Below, piece after piece: positions 44,031-55,731 of a stretch of 64,000 bases of DNA. How positions within the stretch are numbered: the stretch's first letter is position 1; each line of letters starts with the position of its first letter. This DNA comes from an uncultured delta proteobacterium (GTDB taxonomy: Bacteria > Desulfobacterota > Binatia > UBA9968). The notes below the pieces were generated by a model. That model did not search any database, was not told the origin of the DNA, and saw only the letters and a list, made by a program, of their open reading frames with translations. The DNA is taken from the NCBI GenBank assembly GCA_963728565.1, contig CAVSLC010000005.1:1-64000 (forward strand), read 5' to 3'. A program made the translations under genes and the position numbers.

Positions 44031-45080
44031 ATGAAAGCAAAATTTCTATTCAAACGATTGCTGGCGTTTACTACGGTGACACTGCTGTCGTTTCCGCAAG
44101 CACAATTGATCGGGATTGCCGAGGCCAAGCTCGCCTGCGGTCCGACAAGCAATAAAGGCAGCGATTTACCGCGCACCGTGGCGATAGCGGCAAATCCGGC
44201 GGGAACCGGAGCCCATGCGCTCGCCTCCGGTCTTGCAGCAGTGGCTAGCAAAGTCACTCAGGTATCGGCAAAAGTTCAGCCCTATAACGGTCCCAATGCA
44301 TGGATGCCATTATTGGAGAGTGGCGAGGTGGAATTCGGCATCATCAACATTCTCGATTCGTACATGGCAGCCACCGGAAGCGGCAACTATAAAAAAGCTT
44401 ATCCGACCATCCGTGTCGTTGCCGGCGGTGTCTTTCCGTTTACCGCGGGACTTATAGTGCGCGACAACTCTGAGATCAAACAGATCAGCGATCTCAAAGG
44501 AAAGCGAATGGCGTGGGACTACGGCGGGCACGCGATCAATCAAACCTGGCAGCTGGCGATAATGGAAGCAGGCGGGCTGAAACCCTCGGATGTCGTTCAG
44601 GTGAGAGTCTCGAACCTCAACGATGGCATCCGCGGCGTGCCCGAGGGCAAAGTTGATGCTGCGTTTACCGCCGTCGGCATCGGCATCAACGAAGAGGCCA
44701 ATGCGATGGAGCCGATCCGATTTCTTGGCTTACGTAATATCGAGGGCGCCAACAAAATTCTCGCCAAGTACGGCGCCTCAGTGGTCAAGTCCGAACCGGC
44801 GGCGGGCATCAAAGGTGACACGTACGTCATCGGCTATCCGCTTCACGTAGTCAGTTCGACCCAGGTAAACGACCGGACGATCTCGGTGATGCTCAAGGCC
44901 TGGTGGGACAATTTGCCGGAGCTGGAAACGATTCATCCTCTATTCAAGAAATGGAAGAAGGAGCATCAGGCGCTTACGAATTACACCGTGCCGTATCATT
45001 CCGCAGCGGTAAAATTCTACCAAGAGGCGGGCGTTTGGTCGGCTAAACAGGAGGCGCGCGCAAAAGAGATCTGCAGTTGA
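44031..45080 (+). CDS. TAXI-family TRAP solute-binding protein 2 (tandem paralog)
   Basis: Near-colinear with 42955-43998; VPYHSAAVKFYQEAG. Confidence 0.88.
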   Translation: MKAKFLFKRLLAFTTVTLLSFPQAQLIGIAEAKLACGPTSNKGSDLPRTVAIAANPAGTGAHALASGLAAVASKVTQVSAKVQPYNGPNAWMPLLESGEVEFGIINILDSYMAATGSGNYKKAYPTIRVVAGGVFPFTAGLIVRDNSEIKQISDLKGKRMAWDYGGHAINQTWQLAIMEAGGLKPSDVVQVRVSNLNDGIRGVPEGKVDAAFTAVGIGINEEANAMEPIRFLGLRNIEGANKILAKYGASVVKSEPAAGIKGDTYVIGYPLHVVSSTQVNDRTISVMLKAWWDNLPELETIHPLFKKWKKEHQALTNYTVPYHSAAVKFYQEAGVWSAKQEARAKEICS

Positions 45081-45203
45081 AAATTTTTGCGCACCGTCCT
45101 AACGTGACAGGCCGCTATGACTCTCCAGATAATAGTCATAGTCACTCAAACAGAGTTCATTGGAGCTTGACGAAAGGCCCTCAAACATGACGAGGAGAAT
45201 TGA

Positions 45204-47171
45204 GTGGAGATTGAAGAAAATGTTCGCTCACGTGAGTTGAGCGGGCTTGCCGGTTGGGCGACCCAGGCTCTTCTGATCGCGATTCCCCTCTCAGGCATGT
45301 TCTTTTTGCTCGATGTGCCGCAGCGCTTCGATTGGCAGGTCTTTCATGAGCAGTACATCGGGCTCTTTCTCGCGTTGAGTCTCGGCGCGATTTTTCTGCT
45401 GATTCCCGGTTCAAAACGACACGTTCAGCGGATTCCATGGTACGACGCGCTGGCAGCGGCCCTCGGATTGTTCGTCGGCTTGTACGTCTTCGTTAAGTTC
45501 CCGGAAATCTCCAACACTTTAGGCGACATTTATACCGAGCGGGTGATTTTGGGGGCGATCACCGTGATTCTGCTTGCCGAGGCATGCCGGCGCCTGGTGG
45601 GCTGGCCTCTCGTCATCATTGCCGGCGTTTTTATTTTCTATGCGTTCTTCGCTTACTTGTTTCCAGGCGATTTCTACGGTCGCGGCTGGTCCATCGGCCG
45701 GCTCGCAACCTATTTATATCTCGATGCCAACGGCATCATCGGCCAGCCCCTGCAGATCGGCGCCAGTATCGTGCTGGTGTTCGTTCTGTTCGGCGAGGCG
45801 CTTTATGCCATAGGCGGCGCCGCCTTCCTCAGCGATTTTGCTTTGGCTGTGATGGGTCGCTTTCGCGGCGGCCAGGCAAAGATCGCCATTGTTTCCTCGA
45901 GTTTGTTCGGCAACATCAGCGGCAGCGCGGTCGCCAACGTCGTGGTTGACGGCGCGTTCACTATTCCGATGATGAAAAAAGCCGGCTACCCGGCGCCGGT
46001 TGCGGCAGCAATCGAGGCGGTTGCTTCCACTGGCGGGCAGATCATGCCGCCTGTGATGGGAGCCGCGGCATTCCTGATCGCCGAGTATTTGGCGATTCCA
46101 TACGCGCAGGTGGCGCTGGCGGCTCTGGTGCCGGCTTTGCTTTATTACATCATGCTATTTATTCAGGTTGATCTGCTTGCTGCGCGCAATGGCATTTACG
46201 GTTTGCCGGGCGCCGAGTTACCCCGATTGTTGCCGGTGCTGCGGCGCTCCGCCGGCTTCGTCGTGCCGCTTACAGTTCTGATCATCTGGATGTTCTTCTT
46301 AAACCGCCGGCCCGAAGAGGCGGGGCTGTTGGCGGTAGCTCCGCGCTCGCGGTCGGCTTTCTCACTCCCGGCGTAAAGCTCGGTCCCCGCGAGCTGCTGA
46401 ATATTCTGATCAATACCGGGCGGGACATGCTGGAAATCGCCGCCATCACCGGTCTCGCCGGCGTCGTCATCGGGGTGCTCCAGCTCACCGGTCTCGGGTT
46501 TACCTTGACATTGACTCTACTGAATGTCGGACAGAACAGCGCTATCCTGCTGCTGGTGCTGACCGCGATCGTCAGTATCGTTCTGGGGATGGGCATGCCG
46601 ACCACGGCGGTGTACGTGTTGCTGGCGGTGCTGGTCGCTCCGGGGCTTTCCAAATTAGGCATTTTGCCCATCGCCGCTCATCTGTTCATTTTTTATTTTG
46701 GCATGCTGAGCATGGTCACGCCGCCAGTGTGTCTGGCGAGTTATGCGGCTGCATCCATTGGCAAGACCGATCCGGTCAGAACCGGGTGGGAAGCGATGCG
46801 GCTTTGCGCCATCGCTTACGTCGTCCCGTTTCTGTTTGTCTTCTCGCCTCGCTGTTGCTGATCGGCATCTGGTATGCAGTTGCGATTTCTATCGCCACGG
46901 CTATTTTCGGCGCAGTTCTTTTGGGAATCGGCTTGGTCGGTTATTTATTTAGCCCTGATCGGCGTTCTTAAGCGGCTTCTTTTCCTCGTTGCTGCGGCGG
47001 GCTTACTTATTCCCGTGGTCGAGACCGGAACTTATGCGAATCTCACTTGGGCCGATCAATGCAGGGGGTTTGTTACTCGCCATAATTATGGTTGCCATCG
47101 AGTGGCTCGCGCGCCCGCGCCGGCAGCAATCGAAAATCGCCGCGGCAGCGAAGGCTTCCGTCCGCGGCTGA
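45204..47171 (+). CDS. TRAP transporter fused permease (4TM/12TM), several frameshifts after 46340
   Basis: GNISGSAVANV, EAVASTGGQIMPPVMGAAAF, LGMGMPTTAVY, TPPVCLASYAAA. Confidence 0.88.
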
Positions 47172-47227
47172 TGCCCTCTGAAGACGAATATCCGAAGACG
47201 ATATAACTGACTCTACTTTTTAGAGCG

Positions 47228-47839
47228 CTACTGAATGACGACACTCTCGCCAGGACGCACGGAAATCTCCCGGATCTTTGACGGAAGATCGAATGGCGCA
47301 TCGATGTCGAAGCCCTTCGGATTTTGCGGCGTACGCGAGAAAAAGCCGATAAGCTCCTGTAACAGCGGCTTAGGCAAGGGCACTCCACCGATGTCAGCCG
47401 AGCGCAAATACAATTGCCCTCTCCCTTCGCGGGTCCGCAAGAGACCTCGGGCATTTAAAGGGACTTGGCCTGATAAGTAGTTAAGCGGATCAATCACGCT
47501 GCGCGACTGGCGGCGCCGCTTGACTTCATCCATGTCGACCAGCACCCGGGCAGCAAGCGCGCCATCGCCAATCATTGTGATCTCTGGCTCGGCCAAACCT
47601 TTGGGGATTTTTTCCTTTAGATTGAAAACCAGGTACGAGTTAGCCTCCTGTTCGGCGATGGAAAATTCCCTAGGTTTCGGCGGAGTGGCAGCGGCATTTT
47701 TCACAATCGCATCGATTTTGGCCTGCAGGCGGTTGCCGTCCTCTTGCGACAGCGCCACCGCCAAGCTGGTCGAAGCGCATAGGGTGAAGAGAAAGATAGC
47801 CCATAAGTTGCTGCTCCAGATTTTTTTCATCACCAACAT
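47228..47839 (-). CDS. Exported hypothetical protein
   Basis: 203-aa ORF with signal peptide, fills the gap between convergent/divergent genes. Confidence 0.7.
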   Translation of the reverse strand: MLVMKKIWSSNLWAIFLFTLCASTSLAVALSQEDGNRLQAKIDAIVKNAAATPPKPREFSIAEQEANSYLVFNLKEKIPKGLAEPEITMIGDGALAARVLVDMDEVKRRRQSRSVIDPLNYLSGQVPLNARGLLRTREGRGQLYLRSADIGGVPLPKPLLQELIGFFSRTPQNPKGFDIDAPFDLPSKIREISVRPGESVVIQ

Positions 47840-47988
47840 CGTAGCAGGTTACGATTTGATGGTAAGCCGCACAAGAGAGCCCGTCAGCCGAGGATGCGAT
47901 TTCGCCAGAAACTGGCCGATCAAGGCGAGCCTTGCAAATTAGACCGGGCCATAGTTAATTTGAAATCTCACCACAGTAGGAGAGATCG

Positions 47989-49662
47989 ATGGCAGAGAAT
48001 TTAAAGCCTCGTAGTCATGTCATCACCGATGGACCGGACCGCGCGCCGACCCGCGCCATGCTTAAAGCGGTCGGCTTTACCGATGATGACCTGGCGCGAC
48101 CGATTGTCGGCGTCGCCAACACCTGGATCGAGATCGGGCCGTGCAATTTCCACTTGCGCCGACTGGCCGCCAAAGTGAAGGAGGGGATTCGCGCCGCCGG
48201 CGCCACGCCGATGGAGTTCAACACCGTCTCCATCTCCGATGGGATCAGCATGGGTGCCGAAGGCATGAAATGCTCCTTGATCAGCCGCGAAGTGATCGCC
48301 GATTCGATCGAGCTGGTCGCCCGGGGTAACCATTTCGATGCATTGGTATGCTTATCGGGCTGCGATAAAACCAATCCAGGCGTGGTCATGGCGCTGGCGC
48401 GCCTCGATATTCCCGGCCTGGCTCTCTACGGCGGCTCGATTGCGCCGGGCCGTCTCGGCGACCGTGATTTGACGATTCAAGATGTCTTCGAGGCCGTGGG
48501 CGCGTACAGCAGCGGCCGCATCAAAGAAGAGCAATTCAAATCGGTCGAGAATACCGCATGTCCCGGCGCAGGAGCGTGTGGCGGCCAGTTTACCGCCAAC
48601 ACCATGTCGACGGTGATGGAGTTTCTCGGGATTTCGCCAATGGGCAGCAACGGCATTCCAGCCACCGCCGCTGAGAAGGATGAAGCGGCATTCAACGCCG
48701 GTAAGCTGATTGTCGAGCTTTTGCGACGCGATCTGCGGCCGTCGCAGATTCTCACCCGCAAATCGATCGAGAATGCGATCGCCTCTGTTGCCGCCACCGG
48801 CGGCTCGACCAACGCGGTCTTGCACCTCCTGGCGATTGCACGCGAAGCCGGTATCGAATTGAACATCGACGATTTCGACCGTATCAGCGCGCGCACGCCG
48901 CTGATCGCCGATCTCAAACCAGGTGGCCGTTTCGTTGCTAACGATCTGTACAAAGCAGGCGGCATCCAGCTGGTTGCGAAACGGCTGATGGAAGCGGGGC
49001 TGATCCATGGGGACACACTCACAGTCACCGGTAAAACGATCAAAGAGGCCGCGCAAGACGTCAAAGAGTCTTTCGGACAAGAAGTTGTGCGACCGATGGT
49101 TAATCCGCTCAAGCCCACTGGCGGATTGGTTATTCTAAAGGGTAATTTAGCCCCCGAAGGTTGCGTCGTGAAAGTCGCCGGACACGAGAGATTGATTCAT
49201 AGAGGCCCGGCTCGCGTATTCGATCGCGAGGAGGATGCTTTCGCGGCAGTGCAAAAGGGACAAATCAAAGCGGAGGATGTGATTGTCATTCGCTACGAAG
49301 GGCCCAAGGGCGGTCCTGGAATGCGCGAGATGCTCGGGGTCACAGCAGCGCTGGTCGGCGCCGGGTTGGGCGATTCGGTAGCGCTCCTCACCGATGGGCG
49401 TTTCTCCGGGGCTACTCATGGGCTGATGGCCGGGCACGTTGCTCCGGAAGCTGCCCAGGGCGGTCCGATTGCCGCGCTCCGCGACGGCGACACGATTGTT
49501 TTCGACATCGCCGCACGGCGTCTCGATGTGCACATTTCAGAGGAAGAAATGAACGCGCGTTTACGCCAATGGAAGCCGCCGGCGCCGCGATACACTACCG
49601 GCGTCATGGCAAAATACGCCAAGCTCGTTTCCTCCGCGTCCCAAGGAGCTGTTACGCTCTAA
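47989..49662 (+). CDS. ilvD: Dihydroxy-acid dehydratase
   Basis: [57 protein letters not shown]. Confidence 0.96.
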   Translation: MAENLKPRSHVITDGPDRAPTRAMLKAVGFTDDDLARPIVGVANTWIEIGPCNFHLRRLAAKVKEGIRAAGATPMEFNTVSISDGISMGAEGMKCSLISREVIADSIELVARGNHFDALVCLSGCDKTNPGVVMALARLDIPGLALYGGSIAPGRLGDRDLTIQDVFEAVGAYSSGRIKEEQFKSVENTACPGAGACGGQFTANTMSTVMEFLGISPMGSNGIPATAAEKDEAAFNAGKLIVELLRRDLRPSQILTRKSIENAIASVAATGGSTNAVLHLLAIAREAGIELNIDDFDRISARTPLIADLKPGGRFVANDLYKAGGIQLVAKRLMEAGLIHGDTLTVTGKTIKEAAQDVKESFGQEVVRPMVNPLKPTGGLVILKGNLAPEGCVVKVAGHERLIHRGPARVFDREEDAFAAVQKGQIKAEDVIVIRYEGPKGGPGMREMLGVTAALVGAGLGDSVALLTDGRFSGATHGLMAGHVAPEAAQGGPIAALRDGDTIVFDIAARRLDVHISEEEMNARLRQWKPPAPRYTTGVMAKYAKLVSSASQGAVTL

Positions 49663-49691
49663 AAAGAACAGGCCGGCGGGAAGAAGGTAAT

Positions 49692-49991
49692 ATGGCGGAA
49701 TGGACTCTATGGGCGACAGTGTTCACTTTAGGCATCGCCCTGGCAATCGTGTCATTGTACCTTATCTGCCGTGAGCGCTTCGAAACCATGAATAATCGGA
49801 TTGCCACATTAGAGAAAGAGCTTGAATTGGCACGAGTGCGCGAGGAAGCAAACGAGAAGAACCTGAGCAAAATTCTCGACGCTGTGATGGAATTGCGCGG
49901 ATCCACCGAGAGTCACTTGGAGAATCTGCGCCATGGTTTGGATCAATTACGGGCGGAAAACTATTCGCAGCAATCTGTCGATGCCGCGTAA
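49692..49991 (+). CDS. Hypothetical protein (one TM helix + coiled coil)
   Basis: GAAGG RBS; MAEWTLWATVFTLGIALAIV then heptad-rich region. Confidence 0.65.
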   Translation: MAEWTLWATVFTLGIALAIVSLYLICRERFETMNNRIATLEKELELARVREEANEKNLSKILDAVMELRGSTESHLENLRHGLDQLRAENYSQQSVDAA

Positions 49992-50214
49992 AAAGGGACA
50001 ACGAATATGCAGCTGCTGGATAAGTGGGTTCCCGCAAAGATTGCGGTTTAAAACTCTCGCCCTAAAGTCCCACTGATCGGCCGCAGGAACTTACAGCCGT
50101 AAGCTGAAGAGCAAACTCCCGACACGCGCTCGTGGAAAGTGGGTTCGTTTCAGCGAAGCGATCGCCAAACCGGGCGGCAAACTCTTCATTACCTATCTCT
50201 CGGCGCGCAACAAG

Positions 50215-50812
50215 TTATTTGGGCTGCGGTGTTTGTGCGGGTTTCGCCGGTGCCGCCGGTTTGGCTGGCTGCGGCGAGCTGGATGTCACTGAGGGTTGGA
50301 TATCGAGTATCTTGATATCAAAGAGAAGCGTCTTGCCGGCCATCGGATGGTTTAGATCCAGCACAACCGTTTTTTCTTTAATCTCGTGAACGCGCACCGG
50401 GATCTCTTGCCCATGCGGTCCTTTGGCGGCCAGGGTTGCGCCTACTTTCAAACCATTAGCCGGAATCTGTTCCTTGGGCACCTCTTGAAAAGCTTTCGAG
50501 TCGACCAGGCCATAGGCATCTTCAGGTTTAACTTTGACCCGTTTTTCGCCTCCTACCTTCATGCCGGTTAATTCTTTCTCAAGACCGGGAACAATTTGTT
50601 TAGCCGCCATGGGTATATTTGAGCGGATCTTTTCCTTTGTTCGATTCAATGAGCTTGCCGTCTTCCTCCGATAGCGAATATTGAAGGCTGACGACCGAGC
50701 CATCCTTCACCATTTTCTCCTGTTTGGATTTTTCTGCGGATCGAAGAATTGCCGGCGCCGCAACGCCGAGAATGGCCAGCGCCGCGGCCAGCGCCACTAA
50801 TTTCATGCGCAT
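50215..50812 (-). CDS. SlyD-like FKBP peptidyl-prolyl isomerase with signal peptide; frameshift near 50605
   Basis: VVSLQYSL..IESN..PLKYTHG / QIVPGLEKEL.GMKVG..PEDAYG..LDLNHPMAGKTLLFD. Confidence 0.85.
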
Positions 50813-51031
50813 GAATACTCCTCTTGATTGAACGACTGCGATCGAGCAGCTCAGGTCAGGGTATACATTGGAATTGCGGAACTCAACAAACCGGCGTTTT
50901 TCTGGTCCGTGGTCCGTCAAATGAACGATCCGCTCCTGTTCGCGCCATGCGCCAGTAAGTGCTATGTGATCGAAAAAGTCCTCGCGTTGAAACTCGTCGA
51001 CCGAGCTCATGCGGTGCATCAGAACGGCCGC

Positions 51032-52039
51032 TTAACTAACGCAGCGCGGAATCACCCGATCGCCCCATGCTTGCATGACCTGATCGTAAATGGCATTGGG
51101 CGGTGTCAGCAGCAATCGTTTGATTCCTGCCGCTTCCAGTGACTTGATGCGCCCGACGCACTCTTCAGGGGTGCCGGCGATGGTGAAACGCTGCAGCAGG
51201 TAGTCGGTGATTAAATCGGGATCGACCCGCTCTTCGATGGGTTTGGAGATATCAAATGCAGCCATGAATCTCTCCACTCCGGCACGTTCGTTTTCGGGTA
51301 CGGTCTCCATCGTGAAACGAAAATTATGGTGCGCCCGGTTGGCCATGCGCGAGCGCACCCGCTGGCGCGCCAGGTTGCCGTCATCGTCAACCACGATCAT
51401 TCCGGCCGGCATAATGTCGATTTCGGGTAGGGCTCGACCGGCGTCCTTGGCGCCTTCGCTAATCCGCGCCTGCGCCCACTCGAGTACTTGCGGGTCGAAG
51501 CCGGTGCCAAGAATGACTCCGTCGCAAACCCGGCCTGCCACCCTGAGGGTTTTCGGACCCTCCGCAGAAATGTAAATAGGCACTGGACGCCTGCCGGCTT
51601 TCAGCGCGACCCGACCGCCCGAAGCGCGCTCGCGGGTCCTCGGAACTTCTATGCCGCGGTCGTGCAGCAAATCGCGCATGGTTTGAAGCCCGTTTTCAAA
51701 ATCGACGAGCCGGGTGGCAGTCCGGCCTAGGCTGTAGACGGGGCCGTCGCCGGTGCCCATGCCGATAATCGCGCGCCCTTCGGAGATCTCATTCAAGGTT
51801 GCAAAACTATTCGCGGTTATAGTCGGATCGCGATAGACCATATTGGTAACCGCGGTGCCTAGACGGATTTTTTTCGTTGCCACGGCGCACATGGCCATCA
51901 CCTGATAGCAATCGACATTGTTCATATGGCTGTCGGCGAAGAAAATCGCCTCGAAGCCGAGATCTTCCGCTTTCTTTGCTCGTGTCACCGCCTCCCTGAT
52001 GGTGCGCGCTGAACCGTGCAAGCAAAAATTTATCGCCAT
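51032..52039 (-). CDS. LLM-class flavin-dependent oxidoreductase (Mer-like)
   Basis: AEDLGF..DSH, IRLGTAVTN..RDP, SEGRAIIGMGTGD, PIYISAEGPKTL. Confidence 0.9.
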   Translation of the reverse strand: MAINFCLHGSARTIREAVTRAKKAEDLGFEAIFFADSHMNNVDCYQVMAMCAVATKKIRLGTAVTNMVYRDPTITANSFATLNEISEGRAIIGMGTGDGPVYSLGRTATRLVDFENGLQTMRDLLHDRGIEVPRTRERASGGRVALKAGRRPVPIYISAEGPKTLRVAGRVCDGVILGTGFDPQVLEWAQARISEGAKDAGRALPEIDIMPAGMIVVDDDGNLARQRVRSRMANRAHHNFRFTMETVPENERAGVERFMAAFDISKPIEERVDPDLITDYLLQRFTIAGTPEECVGRIKSLEAAGIKRLLLTPPNAIYDQVMQAWGDRVIPRCVS

Positions 52040-52120
52040 GGAGATATCCTTTCATAGTTAAGCGCAATAGCCGTTCGCCAAGTCTGAGCGCACTCGAGGA
52101 AAGCGTCAAGCCTGGGCTGC

Positions 52121-53372
52121 TTAGCTGCCGTCCTTGCCACTTGATGCACGAATGGATCGACAGACCGGATATTGCGAAACAGATCAGGCACAATGAGAAA
52201 GGCCATGCATACGAGCCGGTTGCGTCGAATAGGTAACCGCCGATCCATGCGCCCAAGGCGCTGCCCAAACCGAAGCTGATTTCCAAAAAGCCGAAGATCA
52301 GCCCTACCTTGTGTCCGGAGAAAATGTCGGCGATCACAGCGCCGTAGGTCGGATTGCCGGCGCTGTGGCCGATGCTGTAAAGAACCGCGGTGAGATAAGC
52401 ATACCAAAGCGGCGCGCCCAGCGGCATCGCAATCAAACCGGCGACGCCGATGATCGCCACGCTGGTGGCAATGCCGTAGGTCCGGTCTCGTCCCAGCTTG
52501 TCGGAAACCAAACCCCAGAGAACCGTACCGCCGATTCGTACAAAGCCGATCAGACCGGCCAGGAACGCTGCCATAAGCTTGTCATAGCCGACCACGACAT
52601 AGTGCGCGACGACGTGAGTATTGATCATGAAGAGCGCGGTGCCCAGCGCCAGGTGTCCTAGCGTGATGCACCAGAAGGGAAACGAAGCGGCGGCTTCACG
52701 TAACCTCCAGTCGCGCGCGCCGGGACGAGCTTTGCCATGGGCGCCGTGACTTTCCACGGGGGCGGCTGTGTCGCCATCGGGCAGTTGGCCGATATCCTGC
52801 GGGCTTCGCCGTTGCAGCAATGCGTTGGCAGGCATCACCGCGAGCAAAATCAAGCTTGCCATGACCAGGAAGGTGGAGCGCCAGCCAATCCGTGAAATCA
52901 AGAACTGGGTTAACGGAACCATGATGAGCGCGCCCACGCCTTGGCCCATGCTGGCGATGCCGATGGCGGTGGCGCGCCGGCGCACAAACCAAAAAGAGAT
53001 CAGCGCATTGTGGCCGACAAAGCCGAGCGCTCCCTGCCCGAGCGCGGCGATTAAGCCATAGGAGAAGTAGAAGTGCCATAAGGTGCCACCAAAGCTCGAG
53101 AGCAAAAGGCCGATGCCGACGAGCGCGCCGCCGAGCGGCATCAGAACGCGAGGTCCAAAACGATCAAACGCCAATCCGACCAGCGGCGCTGCCAGCGCGT
53201 AAACCAAGAAATTGACCGAGGCGATACTAGCGCCGTCGCTATGCGACCAGCCGAATTCTTCAAGTAAGGAGATATAGTAGACGCCGAACGAACCATTGAC
53301 GCCGCGCATCACCACCATATTGATGAAACACAAGGCGAGAATGACGTAGCCGTAAAAAAAATTTGTGCGCAT
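52121..53372 (-). CDS. MFS transporter (3' end uncertain; ORF as read runs to 51807, overlapping the next gene)
   Basis: EEFGWS, FDRFGPR, WFVRRRATA, VSDKLGR, GGYLFDATGSY. Confidence 0.85.
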
Positions 53373-53407
53373 CAGGTATGGCGGCACAGTGGAGGATGCC
53401 CAAGCCC

Positions 53408-53965
53408 CTATTGGGGCATTTTGACATCGGTGACTTTGACGTCGAAGTTGAGGGTTTTTCCGGCCAGTGGGTGATTGAAGTCGACAACTACGGTCTTTTC
53501 CCTTATTTCCTGAATGCGCATCGGCAAGGCCCGTCCATCCGCGGCTTTGGTCATCAAGGTGGCGCCGACTTGCTGCGCTTCCGCAGGGATCTTGTCTTTG
53601 AGAATCTCTTGCACGGCCTTGGGATCGGGGAGACCATAACCTTCTTCGGGTTTAACTTGAATTTTCTTGCGCTCGCCGGCTTTCATGCCGGCGAGTTCCT
53701 TTTCCAACCCGCTAACGATTTGCCCGGCGCCGTGAATATAGGTCAACGGCTCCTTGCCGACATTGCTTTCGATCACCTTACCGGCCTCGTCCGTCAGGGT
53801 GTATTCGATGGACACGACAACCCCTTGTTGAACGCTGCTCGCGGGTCGCAAATTGACGGTCGGAGCCGGCGAACCGCCAACACCGTTGCCGGGAAGACTG
53901 GTGAGAAAAAACAGCGCGCCCAGAACGGCGCCGCTGATGACTAGTAAGCTGAGAAGTTTTTTCAT
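53408..53965 (-). CDS. SlyD-like FKBP peptidyl-prolyl isomerase with N-terminal signal/anchor
   Basis: VVSIEYTL, PLTYIHG.GQIVSGLEKEL, PEEGYG, VDFNHPLAGKTLNFDV. Confidence 0.9.
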   Translation of the reverse strand: MKKLLSLLVISGAVLGALFFLTSLPGNGVGGSPAPTVNLRPASSVQQGVVVSIEYTLTDEAGKVIESNVGKEPLTYIHGAGQIVSGLEKELAGMKAGERKKIQVKPEEGYGLPDPKAVQEILKDKIPAEAQQVGATLMTKAADGRALPMRIQEIREKTVVVDFNHPLAGKTLNFDVKVTDVKMPQ

Positions 53966-54195
53966 GGATTATTGGCAAAGAACGACAATCCGGAAACGAT
54001 ATAACGCGCTAGAGCTGAATACAACTGAGCCTGTGTTTTGATCGGTTCATCATCTCGCTTAGGCCTTGCAATGATTGCCGACAGCTACATGGGCTGGCTG
54101 GACAATTGACTCGGTGACAACTCAGTCTGGTCCTACTCTAACAATCTTAATCGTGCTAAAACCTGCGCCAACAACATGAAAGCTTCCAGTTCAGC

Positions 54196-55056
54196 GTGAG
54201 CAGCGAACTCTGGGCGATCGTGTCGGCGGCGGCGTGGGCGGCGGATTCTATTCTTGTGCGCAAGGGCACTGCCTTTTCGAACCCGTCAACGGCCGCGCTG
54301 ATAAGCTTCTCCGTCAACGCAGCGGTTCTGGTTCCCTACATTATATATCAGTATCCGGCGGAGAAAATTTTTCAGTCCGCTAACCTATTCTTCGTCCTGA
54401 GCGGGATCATCCAGCCGGCCATCGTGCGGGTGATGTTTTATGTCGGCATCGTCCGGCTCGGCGTTTCGCGCGCCGGACCAATCCGGGGAACTTCCCCGTT
54501 TTTTTCTGTGGCGATCGCCTTTTTCCTGTTTCGAGAACGACCGGAGCTGATCGTTTATCTGGGCGGCCTTCTAACTATCGCCGGCACATGGGTGGTGTCA
54601 TACAAGCGGGTTGGAGAAGCCAAGTGGCGCGCCATCGATCTTTTGTTTCCCTTGGGCGCGGCCATGCTGGCGTCGGTGTCGCAGAATATCCGCAAAGCCG
54701 GGCTTAACAGTACCAATGAACCGGTCATTGCCTCTACCATTACGACAGCGACGTCGCTGGTATGCCTGCTTGGCTCCCTGCTGTTCTCTGGAAAAAGACA
54801 GTCGATAAAGATCGATCGCCAAAGCCTGCCGTTCTATGGCGGCGCCGCAGTCTTCGCGCTGATCGGCCAGTTGTGCACGTTTATCGCGCTCAACGGCGGT
54901 CAAATCTCGGTGGTTGCGCCGCTCATCAATACCACCCCTTTATTCGCCATAGCTTTCACCGCGCTGTTCTTGCGCGGCGAAGAAAAAATCACTCCCATGG
55001 TGCTGATCGGCGTAGTGCTGCTAGTTGCCGGAATCGGCTTCATCACGGCGCGATAG
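54196..55056 (+). CDS. DMT/EamA family transporter
   Basis: About 10 hydrophobic segments, two EamA repeats (FLFRER, FLRGEEKIT). Confidence 0.85.
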   Translation: MSSELWAIVSAAAWAADSILVRKGTAFSNPSTAALISFSVNAAVLVPYIIYQYPAEKIFQSANLFFVLSGIIQPAIVRVMFYVGIVRLGVSRAGPIRGTSPFFSVAIAFFLFRERPELIVYLGGLLTIAGTWVVSYKRVGEAKWRAIDLLFPLGAAMLASVSQNIRKAGLNSTNEPVIASTITTATSLVCLLGSLLFSGKRQSIKIDRQSLPFYGGAAVFALIGQLCTFIALNGGQISVVAPLINTTPLFAIAFTALFLRGEEKITPMVLIGVVLLVAGIGFITAR

Positions 55057-55117
55057 ACGGGCGCTGGTCTCCACGTAAAGTCGATGATGCTGTTGTCAAC
55101 GCATCGAGCGATTTGTC

Positions 55118-55549
55118 TCAATCTGCCGGCCTGAACTTCGGCAGTGTCACACCTTGGCCGGTGTCCTCGAAAACGACTTGTACCGGCATACCGATATGAA
55201 CCTTGTCGATCGGACAGCCGACGATATTGCTGCAGAAGCGCGGTCCTTCATCGAGATCGATCCAGGCGGTGACGTAGGGAATGTCCGGAGCAAAGCCGCG
55301 CAACGCCTGACCGACAACCTCTCGTATCACGGTGAAGGAAAATATTTTGCCTTTGCCGCTGACTTCTACCCACTGGAGTTTGTCGCTGGCGCAATCGCCA
55401 CAAACGGGTCGAGGGCAAAACACCCAGGTGCCGCAGTCTTGGCATTTTTGAATCATCAATTTGCCGGCTTTGGTGCTGTCCCAGAACGGTTGATTTACCG
55501 GTGTAATCTCAGGAATTGGCTTTTTGATTACGCTATTCTCATCCGTCAT
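55118..55549 (-). CDS. Zn-ribbon/OB-fold (DUF35) protein
   Basis: PFWD..LMIQKCQDC..PRPVCGDC..SGKGKIFSFT..PYV.A.IDLDEGPR. Confidence 0.9.
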   Translation of the reverse strand: MTDENSVIKKPIPEITPVNQPFWDSTKAGKLMIQKCQDCGTWVFCPRPVCGDCASDKLQWVEVSGKGKIFSFTVIREVVGQALRGFAPDIPYVTAWIDLDEGPRFCSNIVGCPIDKVHIGMPVQVVFEDTGQGVTLPKFRPAD

Positions 55550-55589
55550 ATCAAACTCTCACCTTTCGAATCGTAAGCGATCAAGAGTA

Positions 55590-55727
55590 AAATTCGAAAT
55601 CCGAAACTCAAATCCGAAACAAACTAGAAAAATTGCGAATAGAATTTGAAACAGGTCAGTTCGCAAGTTTTTCTTATTTTGATCAATTGAAGTTGTTTCG
55701 ATTACAAAATTCGTACTTCGCGTTTCG
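55590..55727. repeat. Second 7-mer inverted-arm element
   Basis: AAATTCG-AAATCCG-AAACTC-AAATCCG-AAACAAA (55590-55623); right arm TTGTTTCG..TTCGTACTTCGCGTTTCG. Confidence 0.7.
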
Positions 55728-55731
55728 CCCT

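Noticed and set aside
45115-45141. CTATGACT-N11-AGTCATAG inverted repeat between SBP and permease
   Set aside because: Short, single copy, no U-tract; could be an mRNA stem or operator but unsupported.
51807-52120. 233-nt same-strand overlap of MFS and LLM genes as a real overlapping gene
   Set aside because: Extension looks non-MFS; an off-frame TAA at 52121-52123 and a TTGACG-N17-CAGACT promoter-like motif suggest an indel removed the stop.
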